Assembly: GCF_000143415.4 (NCBI RefSeq)
Contig: NW_003314276.1
Coordinates: 521,630 to 585,629, forward strand
Length of the DNA stretch: 64,000 nt
Source of the DNA: Selaginella moellendorffii
Taxonomy: Eukaryota > Plantae > Lycopodiophyta
Direction of reading: 5' to 3'
Shown here in pieces: positions 12,870 through 24,469 of the stretch. Every line of letters begins with the position of its first letter. The stretch's first letter is position 1. Below the pieces are notes generated by a model. It searched no databases. It was given only the letters and a program-made list of their open reading frames with translations, and was not told the origin of the DNA. A program made the position numbers and the translations under genes.

Positions 12870-14637
12870 TGTAAGTGACTAATTTTTCCATTCTACTTGA
12901 GTCACTTAACCACACCTCCGACCAATTGGAGGAGTCTCACTCACAACCTCCATAAGTCCTATTTCAAACTTGGGTTTGCTAGCCCCGAGAATGGCATCCC
13001 CGCCACCCAACCTTTGCACTTGGTCCAAGTGCTCCACGTGACCGATCCCATGACTGACACTCCAAGGTACCCCCAACATATCAGCCCGTTACGCTAAAGC
13101 CATGCCCATTCACCTTGGTCACACTGGTGGTCTAACACCACCTCCATCACAGTCCCGTCCCTAAAAGACTGGGCCATCTGTTCATGAGTGATCATCCCAG
13201 ATCCACTCCTTAGCATCCTTAGGATGCCAACAGACATGGGGAATAGCCTTCCCCCAATGTCCCTTTTCTGGTCCCCACCAAGTCCCTTTACTGTCCATGG
13301 CCGTGTTCACCAACACTACCACTGGATCGAGGCCCGCAGGCCCGACCACTAAGTCCCACGGTCCTCTGGGACTTCCTCACCACACGACTGTGTCCTTGGT
13401 CACTACCCTAGAGGACTGCTCCTCTTCCTTTCCACAGTCTGGGCCTTTGGGACAACATTTCGGAACACCGTGGCCTTACGCGAGCCACCTGGGTACTCTC
13501 CCCACCTTTCGCCTTTAGGTGCTCTAGCCATGGGCTTAGAGCGAGGTTCCATTGAGCCACGCCTGGTATCTAAGTAGGTAGTGCCACCCACACTTGGACT
13601 GGAAGCACGGCCAGTTGATCTCCCGGGGGAACTAGAGCCGGCTCTTGAACACTTCACCAAGCTACCCCGCTTGTCGGTCCGTATTCACTTTAGTCTTGGA
13701 CTTCCCAGTGGTCAGTTCATCACCCAACACTGGGTCTGGCCTTCCTGGGCCAAACTGGCCTTTCCTGGCCAAACTGGCTCCACTGCAGTCCTCCCCCTTA
13801 CTATACTTTTGGAGCTCACCAAACCCCCCAGGGTCTGGGAGACGAACGCTTTGGGCTTTCACCCTCTCAGACTCGAATTCGGACTCGGACTCGGACTCGG
13901 ACTCGGACTCGGACTCGGACTCGGTCTCGGCCTCCGCCTCGGTCTCGGTCCCGGTCCCGGTCTTGGTCTCGGTCTCGGTCCCGGTCTCGGTCTTGGTCTC
14001 GGTCTCGGTCCCGGTCTCAGCCTCGACCTCGGACTCCATCTCGGGTCCTTCTCAGACTCCATCTCGGATTCCATCTCGGGTCCATCTCGGACTCCGTCTC
14101 GGTCCATCTCGGACTCCATCTCGGACTCCACTTCGGACTCCATCTCGGACTCCATCTCAGACTCCACCTCGGACTCCATCTTGGACTCCATCTCGGTCCA
14201 TCTCGGACTCCATCTCGGACTCTGTCTCGGTCCATCTCGGACTCCATCTCGGACTCCACCTCGGACTCCATCTCGGACTCCGTCTCGGTCCATCTCGGAC
14301 TCCATCTCGGGCTCCACTTCAGACTCCATCTTGGACTCCGTCTCAGTCCATCTCGGACTCCATCTCGGACTCCATCTCGGGTCCATCTCGGACTCCATCT
14401 CGGGTCTATCTCAGACTCCATCTCGGTCCTTTTTGGGTCCCTTTTTGGAGCCTCACTTATTGCTCGCTTCGTGCTTGTTCCTCGAGCACTTTGTTAGGAG
14501 TTCCACTCCTGCTCTCGACCTTCCAAGTCGGAGCTTTTAGTCCAAACGGGTCACGCTCGTTTGGTTTTTGCTTCAGCCACTACCACGTGGCACTCTTTCC
14601 AGCTCCACTTTGGGGCCTAGGGATTTTGTGTCTCACA
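12870..14637 (-). mobile_element. Solo LTR (family 2, 1.77 kb)
   Basis: TGTAAG...CTCACA with perfect TSD CAAGG. Homologous to 20677-22003 + 29568-29698. Confidence 0.9.
13868..14430. repeat. Degenerate hexamer/dodecamer array (ggactc, ggtctc, ggactccatctc) within the LTR U3 side
   Basis: Directly visible. Related arrays at 10960-11200, 21545-21920, 22800-23090, 29200-29490 and 32915-33120. Confidence 0.95.
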
Positions 14638-14870
14638 CAAGGATCCACGGTGACAGTATATCCAAATCTCATCCTATGATCACATGCGCTACAGAGGGTC
14701 AGGACTCAAACCCAACCTTTGTAGAATACGTTTGGATTCGACATTCCCGTGGGGAGTCAGGTGTAGTTTCTTATGTCTAGTCGACCTAGCTAACCCATGC
14801 TAATTATCTTATCTTTAGTGCATGTTTGGGTCCTAACATACGACATTGCTCAATTTTGCAAATAGATTCT

Positions 14871-16514
14871 TTAATTGAATTTTGCATAAGTACATAGAGT
14901 TTTACCTTGCAAAAATTCCTCCACTAGATCTCGCGTATTCACTAGGTTCTCCTTTAGTTCCCATGTTGCTTCACAGTGTAGAAATCCTTTCCACTTCACA
15001 TGGAACTCCCTCACCTTGCGTCTTTGTCACTTGCTTTTATGCACATTGAGGATGGCCTCAATTTTGTATTCCTCTTCCCCTTGGATAACCTCAAGTAAAG
15101 GTGTTACTTAAGTGGATCCTTAAGGTATGGCTTAAGTAAGTTCATATGGAACACAGGGTGCATTTTCCCCATCTCTCAAGGAAATCAAAGGTAATAAGCC
15201 ACCTTACCAATTCATGCCTCAATCTCGTAAGACCCCACAAACCTACTTAAGGAACTTAATATTAGTTTGTTTCTAGGAATATATGCATTTTTACCTTTGG
15301 GTCAGCTTTTGGTTAATCCCACTTGGTAGCTTTAGGTTCTTGGTTTTCAGACACACCTTCTCCCCAAGTTAGAACTCTACATTTTGGTGCTTTCGGTTTG
15401 CATACTTGGTTTGCCTTTGTTGAGCCCGTTCTAAGGAATCCCTCACTAGATTCCAAATGTTGAGTTCCAAATGTTGAATGCCTCCACTACAGGTAACTCT
15501 TCATAATACTCGGCTATGCCGAGTTCCACACCTTCAATAGCTCACCCATTGATGACTTCCCATGGACTCACCCAAACCCCTCACTTGAAGGGAGTCCCAT
15601 GATGAAGTACATCGTAAGATATTTCTACAGACGATCTGGAATTGAGATGCTTTGTAACAAGCCCCCACTAGCATTAGCCATAGCTTTGACCTGTTGACAT
15701 GTTGGATATGTCTTTGCATAGTCTTGGATGTCCTTAGCCATGTCTGGCTAGTGATACTTCCTCTTGAGTAAGCCCATTGTTTTGGGCACTCTGCCGTGTC
15801 CCGCAAAAGGTCTGTCATGACACTCTTCTAAGGCTACCTTCCTTAGTTCCCCTTTTGGAACATACACCCTCATTTGTTTATAATAGATGAGTCCATTGTG
15901 TTCTGCATAACTTGTTTTCTCTTCCATTGGCAGCTCACCTTTCTAGTGAGCTTTCTGTGCCTCTTGGTTCCTTAGCAACACTTCTTATGCTAGATCATCG
16001 TTCTCATACATTGTTTGCACATCATCCCAAAAGGTTACTATCGCGTTAGATATTGCCGACTTCAAGCTGGCCTTTCGACTTAGAACATCTGCCACGATGT
16101 TGCTCTTCCCAGGTTTATATAGAATCTCACAATCAAACTCGGCTAAAGCATTAGCCCACCGACCGTGTTTCCCTCTCAGGTTGGGGTATGACAAGAAGTG
16201 TTTCATTGCCACATTATTTGTGTAAACTTTGAAGTGTCCCCCAAGGTAGTGTCACCACTCCTTGAGTGCCTTGAGCACCGCAAACAATTCTTTCTCGTGT
16301 GCAGGCCACTTTCACTAAGCCTTATCTAACTTTTTCGAGAAGAATGCTACTGAATGGTTGTCTTGCTTCAAAACTACACCCAACGCAAAGTCTGAAGCAT
16401 CTGTTTCTAACTCAAAGTCTTTATTAAAGTTTGGTAATGCCAACACGGGAGCCTTCCTCAACTTCCCTTTGAGGTGGACAAATGTTGCCTCGCATTCCGC
16501 TGTCCATACCATCT
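14871..16514 (-). pseudogene. Copy A pol remnant: RNase H, integrase (core deleted) and chromodomain
   Basis: ETDASDFALGVVLKQ and YKPGKSNIVADVLSR. Colinear with copy B 23572-25655 except for a ~420 bp deletion near 15571. Many stops. Confidence 0.88.
15243..15294 (-). other. Homologous 52-nt GT-AG intron in copy A
   Basis: CAAAG|GTAAAA...ACTAAT...TTCCTTAAGTAG|GTTT. Same position and length as in copy B. Confidence 0.85.
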
Positions 16515-17679
16515 TGCTTAATACCAGCATGTATTACCCTTCCCCTCATTAGCACTTATCCAATATTCGTCAAGGGTTGGACACCGAAGGCTCACCTTGC
16601 CTTGTCCATCCTCTAAGGAGTATAGTGTTTCTGATATAGAGATTCATTTGACCGGTTCTCTACCTTTTATTGGTTTAGCTCTCGCAATACCCATTAGAGA
16701 CACCTTCTCTAGCTCAATCCCACTACTCATTCTCGAGTAGTCTCAACTTCTATTGACATAACCAGTTCACCTTAGAACTTTTAATTTTGACTTCTCGAAG
16801 TCAATTTTTTTTGGTGTCTCCGACACCTTTCATTGCATATATTGTGCAACTTCACTTCCCCATCCTAGGAAGTTCTCCATTTGAGAGCACTATCATCCTC
16901 CTTTCTATTTTGTGCTACCTTTGGCACCAAGTTCCAACTATTGTAAGTTGTGCTAAAGCTATCCATAGCCCTATCATTTAGCTACTTTGCCGCTCCCTCT
17001 CTTGAAGCTTTCACATTTGCCAACTTGGAGCATTTGGGAATCCATCCTTGGAAGCACACTTCCTTTCTCACAATCCGTTAGCATCCAATACATTAGTGTT
17101 CCATGCCTAACTTTGCCATTTGGATTCCTTCCAATGAATTCCATGGCCCACACTTGGCCACTAGTCCTTTGCTTTTATCTATTGATTGTTGCACTGAGCA
17201 ATATAGGATCACGACCTCTATTTTCGAGGTATCCTTTTGGTTCCATAGCAAAGGTTCTACTTTGCTAAGTCTAGAGGGTGCTCACCCCCAGTAGGTCTTT
17301 TTAGCATTTTCTGCTACAATCTCCATCCACGGCCCAACTTTGCGACCCTCCTATGGGTCTCTCCTAGAGACTACTTTCTTGGACTTATTATACCATCGTA
17401 TTGGCACAACTAATTTCCCTTTAGGTGTCCTTCCCACTTAATCACCTTGACCAAGCCACACCATTATCAATAGTTCAAATCAACACTTTGAACTAGGAAT
17501 CATATTCCTTAACCCAAACAAAGACCTTATTCTTGTTTAGCCACAAGATCACCTAGTGATTTCATCTCGACCTCTTAATAGGTCTTTCAGACCCTTTTAA
17601 ATTGTTGGCTATGACCCCGGGGGCATCCCCCACACTTGGTAGTGTGCCCAAGCCAACCCTTCCAACCAAAGATCTATAG

Positions 17680-17874
17680 TGTAAACTCCTGAGTTTGGAC
17701 TTCCCGGGAGGTCACCCAGCCCAGTACTATTCAAACCCAAGGACGCTTAACCCCAAATATCCCAAGACCCTTAACCGATTGGAAAAGGGGGTGCACTCTT
17801 GTTCATGGGCCCTTTCCCTCTATATTTGAACCCCTATGGATCGTCTCTCGAGTCGTTCCCTTTGGTTGCTTACA
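17680..17874 (-). mobile_element. Cassandra-type solo LTR (195 bp), the best-preserved copy
   Basis: TGTAAAC...GCTTACA with perfect TSD TATAG. CpGs retained. Confidence 0.93.
17697..17751 (-). promoter_or_regulatory. 5S rRNA-derived Pol III type-1 internal promoter (A-box, intermediate element, C-box) inside the LTR
   Basis: Reverse complement GTTAAGCGTCCTTGGGTTTGAATAGTACTGGGCTGGGTGACCTCCCGGGAAGTCC matches plant 5S rRNA nt ~51-105 (48/55 against the angiosperm sequence as I recall it). Confidence 0.9.
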
Positions 17875-20800
17875 TATAGCAACTGAGATTAGGTGTCCCC
17901 ATCTCATTCCCCACGTCATTGGTGCCCTTTGCACCAAAGTATTCAAGTTAGATATGCCGAGCTTTCACTCTAAGCAATCTAACCATGCATCATGACTCTA
18001 GAGCATCCCCAACTTAGTGGTGTGCCCAAGCCAGTCTCCTCACTAAGAGTCCATGACCACCAAAATATGAGTATCCTCATACTCCAAACCATCACCACGC
18101 CTTAGTGGTTTGGGACTCGAACCCAAGCACTAGAGGGTCCGGACTCGAACCCAACCTTCATATATGCATCTATGAATAGCATCACCCTAGATGCCTGGCA
18201 TGACTCCCCACGCCGGTGCACCAATTTATACCTAAAGCGCGTTACAGATCATAGCTTAGGAACCTAATCCCTCCAAATTGCCAAGTCCTCTCACTTGACA
18301 AGTCTATGATCATGCATGGACTCCTCCATGCTTTGCCCCATGGGCCACCCTTTTTGAAATTAGCACCTTTAACTAGGGGATTTATTCCCCTGACTTGCCA
18401 CTCTCACTTAGCAAGTCATCTGACCAATGTAATATGGTTTCATGCATAAGTGTGAAAGTCCTTGGCCATCAACTTTCGTTCAAAGTCATCTCTTTGAACA
18501 CTCGGGAATTACTTCCCCAACCTTGATAGCATTGTCTTATGGCAAGCTTCAAGACCACGCTTTTGCTGTGCCATTCTGATTTTGCACGTTTTATGAAACA
18601 TTCACACTTGGCTTTCTAGGTACTACGCTACCTAGAATTATCTTTGGGAACCTTGAATGAACTCTGTCCCTTAGCTTGCCAAAGCTTGTCCTTTCGCAAA
18701 TCTTCTAATTGCCATATGGTCTAACATGGACAATTCCATGCCTTAGACTCTCCATAGCACTACGGTTGTTAGTAACAATATGCTTGAGCGCCCACTTGAT
18801 TCTCCACTCCCAATTGGCATATGCTCTTCGATTCCTATGGTTTGGTTCTATCCTCTTATTATTTGCTTTTGGCCTCACACATTTCCTTTGGTTATTTGCC
18901 TCCAGACTAGGAAGATAGCTTTGCACTGTCTACCATGCTTTAGCAAATATTCTTAGGAATGAACCTACCCGATAGCCTAGGGAGTGGTTCCTCAATTCGG
19001 GTATGTTCACCTTATAATCCTATACATTGGGATTAACATTGCTACATATAAGCCTTTATATGCCCATCACTAGCCTTGCCAAAATCCCATTTTTGGCTTT
19101 GTCCAATTCGGGTAAATGGGTTTCTCCCATCTTTGCAACTTTGGATGTTTGGATAACACCTTCTATCCATTATTCGCTAAGGACTTAGTCTTTTGGGCCT
19201 TATTTATTGCCCTCGCGACATCAAACACCATCTCCTGGTGTTCTAGAGTGTTTGGGTGTCCTAATGATGGCCTCTTTGACAATGAACATTCCCTTTTATG
19301 ACATTGACTTACTATATCGGCACATAAGCAATTTATCTCCCTATAAGGGTATATTTAACTTCCTTATGCTATTAAAAACTCTTGTGTAGCTACTTACTAC
19401 CAATTTAACTGATTATTTTGCACCTTTTGCTTAGTTGCCTCATAGTTGTCAAGCTCACAACTCATTGCTAGTGCTTCCACACCTCCATCATTATCTGGGT
19501 GACCACACTCGAACTGCATGCCTTCTAACTTAAGCTATACCATTCCCATTTCCATTAGGATTCCTTTGGGAAGGGGTTCTTGTGAACCCGCTAATTTGAC
19601 CTCAAGGCATCACACCTTGATATATTCGGTGTTTCCACACCATTAGCTCCACGAGCCTACCTTTATGACACTTCTTATTTGTGTTTAAGTCTTTGCCAAG
19701 ACTAATATTGCCAACTATCCGTTAGCACTACACTATATAGTTTAGACATAATTTTGTGTTAAAGTTGCTTTCTTTTGGGAACCTTTTTCCCATAACTTTA
19801 GTATGGCACATTTTAGCATCAATGAGATACCCATTGTTCTCACACTTAGATCTTATGATCTTCCCCATCCTTCATGGGGCACAATGGACCTTAGTCCAAA
19901 TGCTTTTTACTAATCCTTTAGGACCATTCCTTCACTGTACTTAGTCATCTAACATTTTTGGACTTTGCCAATCCAATGACCCGTAAGGTCCTATTTTGAG
20001 GTGTCAGCTTGCTAGAATACCACTTTGTGTATTCATGTCTTACTCATAAGGACCATCTTTGCAAGTGTCACTCCAACACTTGATTATTTTCCGTTCCTTG
20101 TGGGCTACCTTTACCCCTTAGGGCTATCCGTCCATATGATGAGAATACCAACTCATCCTCTAAGCACTCCTCCAACTCTTTGGGTTTGTTCCAGCATTTA
20201 TAAAAGGTAGCCCCCACTACCATTTCAAGGACTTATGTCCTCATCCATATTTGACCTCCCATATTCATCAATTGTGGTCTCAAATTCATGAGCACCAGCC
20301 TCAACTATATGAGGGTAGTCTCGTGACTCCTTTATCGTTTTAGAGTCTCTATCTTCCCCATGATCCCAACCATAGTTGTTTACCACAACTACATTAGCCA
20401 ATTTGTTGAATCAAATGCTCATCTGGATCACATTCTCAAGTCCCTAAGGAAAACCTTATACTGTTCCCAAGATCCCAAAGTCATTCCATTTTAGCCCTTT
20501 TCTATCCACCACCTCATCTACAAGTTCATACCTGAACTGTAGTGGAGAGCCATGTCTTCCCGACTTGCTACTCCTCAAGGATAGGCCCACTTCTAAGACC
20601 TTTCGATGCCAACACTAGTAGTGATATACTTCAGCACCAATAAAAGTCGGACTAAGGAACCGCTCTAATACCAAGTTGTAAGCGACTATATTTTTCCATT
20701 TTACTTTAATCACTTAACCACACCTTCGACCACTTGGAAGAGTCTCACTCACAACCTCCATAATCCCTATTCCGAACTTGGGCGTGTTAGCCCCGAGAAT

Positions 20801-23800
20801 GGCATCCCCGCCACTCAACATTTGCACTTGGCCCAAGTGTTCCACATGTTCTATCCCATGCCTGACACCCAAAGGTACCACTGACATATCCGCCCATTAC
20901 GCTAAGGCCATGCTCATTCACCTTTGCTACACTGATGGTCTAATACCACTTGCATCACAATCCCGTCCAAAATTGGGCTATCCATCCACAAGTGGTCATC
21001 CCAGATCCACTCCTTAGCATCCTAAGGATGCCCATAGACATGGGGAATAGCTTTCCCCAATGTCCTTTTTCCAATCCCCACCAAGTCCCTTTCTATCCAT
21101 GGCTCCTTTTCCATTCTACAGTTTGGGACAACATTTTGGAACACTGTGGTCTTACGCAAGCCTCGTGGGTACTCTCCCCGCTTTCCACCTTTGGGTGCTC
21201 TAGCCATAGGCTTAGAGCGAGGTTCTATTGAGCCACGCTAGGTATCCAAGTAGGTAGTGCCACCCACACTTGGATTGGGAGCATCGACCATTCGATCTCC
21301 CGGGGGAACTAGAGCCAGCTCTTGAACACTTCACCAAGCTACCCCGCTTGTCGGTCTCTATTCACTCTAGCCTTGGACTTCCCAGTGGTTATCCCATCAC
21401 CCAACACTTGGGTATAGCCTTCTTGGGCCAAACTAGCCTTTCCTGGCCAAACTGGCTCCACTGGAGTCCTCCCCCTACTATACTTTTGGAGCTCACCAAA
21501 CCCCCCATAGTCTGGGAGACGAATGCTTTGGGCTTTCACCCTCTTAGACTCGAACTCGGACTCAGACTAGGACTTAGACTTGGACTCAGACTCGGACTTG
21601 GACTCGGGCTTGGGCTCGATCTCAGCCTCGGCCTCGGTCTCGGTCTCAGTCTCGGTCTCGGTCTCGGTCTCTTTCCCAGTCTCGGTCTTGGTCTTGACTT
21701 TGGACTCCGTCTTGGGTCCTTCTCAGACTCCATCTCAGATTCCATCTTGGGTCCATCTCAGACTCCATCTCAGGTCGATCTTGGACTCCATCTCAGACTC
21801 CATCTCGGGTCCATCTCAGACTCCATCTCGGGTCCATCTCAGACTCCATCACGGGTCCATCTCGGACTCCATCTCGGGTCCATCTTGGATCCATCTCGGA
21901 CTCCATCTCAGGTCCATCTCGAGTCCTCTTGTGTCCCTTTTTCTAGAGACTCTTTTAATGCTTACTTCATGCTCGTTCCATGAGCACTCCGTTAGGAGTT
22001 CCATGTAAGCCACAAATTTTTCCTTTCCAATTTGCCAGCTTACCTCATCTATTCGACCAACTCTGCCTTGGCTTGTGCTAAGTTCCCTCGCCAAGGTTCC
22101 CGCCTATGGTACCAGCTCCTACTTGGTCCTACTTGGTTTCAGCTACTTACTGCACGAGCAACGGAGTGTTAGCCATCTATCTACGGATTCCCAAATCTCT
22201 CCCAATCCCCCTCCCCGGGTTAGACTGGACTTAAGGTTCAGCTACACTCCCCGCAGGCACAAACAGCCAAGCATACCAAGCCTCCAGATTCCTAACACCC
22301 CTTGGTACCACAAGACTTGATCATGGGACCCTCTAAATCCCAAGTCTTGGGTGCAGCACTTGCTTCGGGACGTCGGGGCGAAACACCGTGGCCTAACGGC
22401 CCGGTATGGGTACCTCTACCCCCCCAGTTCCATCCCGAAGGGAAGGCCCAAGCCCCTAGGAAGGGCGAGGACCAATGAGCCACAAAGTACTCAAGTGGGG
22501 CACCACTCCACCTGAGCCGGGAGCACCGCAGTCGGTTTCCCTTTCGAGAGTGGGAGCTGCTCTTGAGCACTTCCCTGGGTGGCCCCTCTAGCACCACTCA
22601 GGCCCATGCTCACTCCCACCCAAGGCCCCTCGGCCCCAGTCTCAACCTCAAGTCAGTTTGGAAGCACCACTGGAGAGTTCCTTTAAGACTGGTTCCTGGA
22701 CCTCACTATCCCTACTATACTTTTGGAACCCCCTGCAGCCCGCCCCCCCCCCCCTGGGAGACGCACGCTTTGGGCTTTCACCCCTTGACCCGTATTAGTA
22801 TTTGGACTTAGTCTCTGGCTCGATCTCGGACCCGATTTCAGATCCGACTTCGGATTCGGGCTCGAACTCGATCTCGGACTCGATCTCGGACCCGATCTCG
22901 GACCCGACCTCGGACTCGACCTCGGACTCGGTCTCGGACCCGATTTCAGATCTCGGACTCCGTCTCGAACTCGGTCTCGAACTCGGACTCGAACTCGGTC
23001 CCCGAGTCGGTCTCGAACTCGATTCCGGACTCTATCTCGAACTCGGTCCTAGAGTCGGTCTTGGACTCGATCCTCGACTTGGTCGCATCCGATGAACTCT
23101 TTGTCATTTCGGTCAAGCTTTTGGGGATCCTTTAGCCTACGACATCTCGGGGAGTTGGTTCCTTACAACTCCACCACCCATAGAAGAAGTTCGATGCCCA
23201 CATCAAACGTCTCATTTTTATCCTACGACTTGTTGACCATGTCTCCGGGGGCATCCCCCCACTTAGCGGTGTGCCTAAGTTAGCCTCCCCGGCCAAGAGC
23301 CCATGACAACGGAATATAGGTGTCCCTATACCCCTAACCTCACCACGCCCTAGTACGGGGTCGGGACTTGAACCCAGCCTTGCTTTACTAGGGGGTTGGG
23401 ACTCGAACCCAACCTCCATAGAATACGTCTACGGATTCGACATCCCCGTGGGGAGTCGGGCGTAGTGCCCTACGCCTGGTCGACCTATCCAACCCATGCT
23501 AATTAGCTTACCTTCGGCGTGCCTTCGGGTCCCAAAATATGCCACTTGCTCAACTTTGCAAATTGATATTTTTAATTGAATTTTGCATAAGTACATAGAG
23601 TTCTGCCTTGCAGAAATTCCTCCACTAGATCTTGCGTGTTCGCTAGGTTCTCCTCCAGTTCCCATGTTGCTTCGCAGTGTGGAAATCCTTTCCACTTCAC
23701 ATGGAACTCTCTCACCTCGCGTCCTTGTCGCTTGCTCTTGCGCGCATTGAGGATGGCCTCGACTTCGTATTCCTCTTCCCCTTGGATAACCTCAGGTAAA

Positions 23801-23953
23801 GGTCTCACTTGGTCTTTGCGAAGTGGATCCTCAAAGTACGGCTTGAGTAAGTTCACGTGGAACACTAGGTGCATCTTCCCCATCTCTCGAGGAAGTCGGA
23901 GTCGGTAAGCCACTTTACCGATTCGTGCCTCAATCTCGTAAGGCCCCGCGAAC

Positions 23954-24005
23954 CTACTTAAGGAACTCAAGATCAATTCATTTACAGGAATACATGCATC
24001 TTTAC
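23954..24005 (-). other. Predicted 52-nt GT-AG intron immediately before the integrase GPY motif of copy B
   Basis: CAAAG|GTAAAG...TTCCTTAAGTAG|GTTC. Removal gives KLTQRFAGPY. Confidence 0.88.
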
Positions 24006-24423
24006 CTTTGGGTCAACTTTCGGCTGATCCCACTTGGTAGTTTGAGGTTCTTGGTGTTCAGCCACACCTTCTCCCCAACTTGGAACTCTACATCCCGACG
24101 CTTCTGGTTCGCGTATTTGGTTTGCTTTTGTTGAGCCCGTTCCAAGGAATCCCTCACTAGATTCCAAATGCTGAGTCTTTCCGCCGTGAATGCCTCCACG
24201 GCGGGCAACTCTCCATGATACTCGGCCATGCCGAGTTCCACAGGACCTTCAATAGCTCGCCCATTGATGACTTCCCATGGACTCACCCCGATACTCGAAT
24301 GTGGTGAGTTGTTATAACGCATTTCTGCAAGTCCCAAATGACTTACCCAATCGGTCTAGTCTCCCGAGACATAGCATCGCAAATAATCCTCCAGCTGCCT
24401 ATTCACCCTTTCCGTTTGTCCGT

Positions 24424-24469
24424 CTGTCAAGAAGTGTTAGTGCCAACAACTTGACTTAATACCCCATAC
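24424..24469 (-). other. Predicted 46-nt GT-AG intron in the integrase catalytic core of copy B
   Basis: ATAG|GTATGG...CACTAAC...TTCTTGACAG|ACGGA. Removal gives STAYHPQIDGQTERVNR. Confidence 0.85.

Larger units (their letters stand above)
11434..14693. mobile_element. Composite insertion D in the 3' UTR of copy A: a + strand LTR with PBS joined head-to-head to a - strand TRIM-like element
   Basis: TG...CA termini. TSD GAGGG (11429-11433, 14694-14698). Removing it restores colinearity with the copy B 3' UTR. Confidence 0.8.
12591..14693 (-). mobile_element. TRIM-like element (~160 bp LTR = 12759-12869 + 14643-14693, split by a solo LTR; second LTR truncated at 12591-12604)
   Basis: Inverted termini TGTAGCGCA...TGCGCTACA. 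Minus-strand PBS TGGTATCGGAGT (12745-12756) followed by the B-box-like GGTTCGATTCCC. Confidence 0.65.

Noticed and set aside
13581-14679. Long ORFs (319 and 344 aa; GLGL, SDSD and SPRW repeats), with similar ORFs at 21270-22008 and 22802-23095
   Set aside because: Artefacts of stop-free hexamer arrays inside LTRs.
23480-23612. Possible further introns after the chromodomain and in the 3' UTR (CAAG|GC/GT, GAAG|GTAAGC)
   Set aside because: Donors and acceptors are not both conserved between copies A and B, and no motif is restored.
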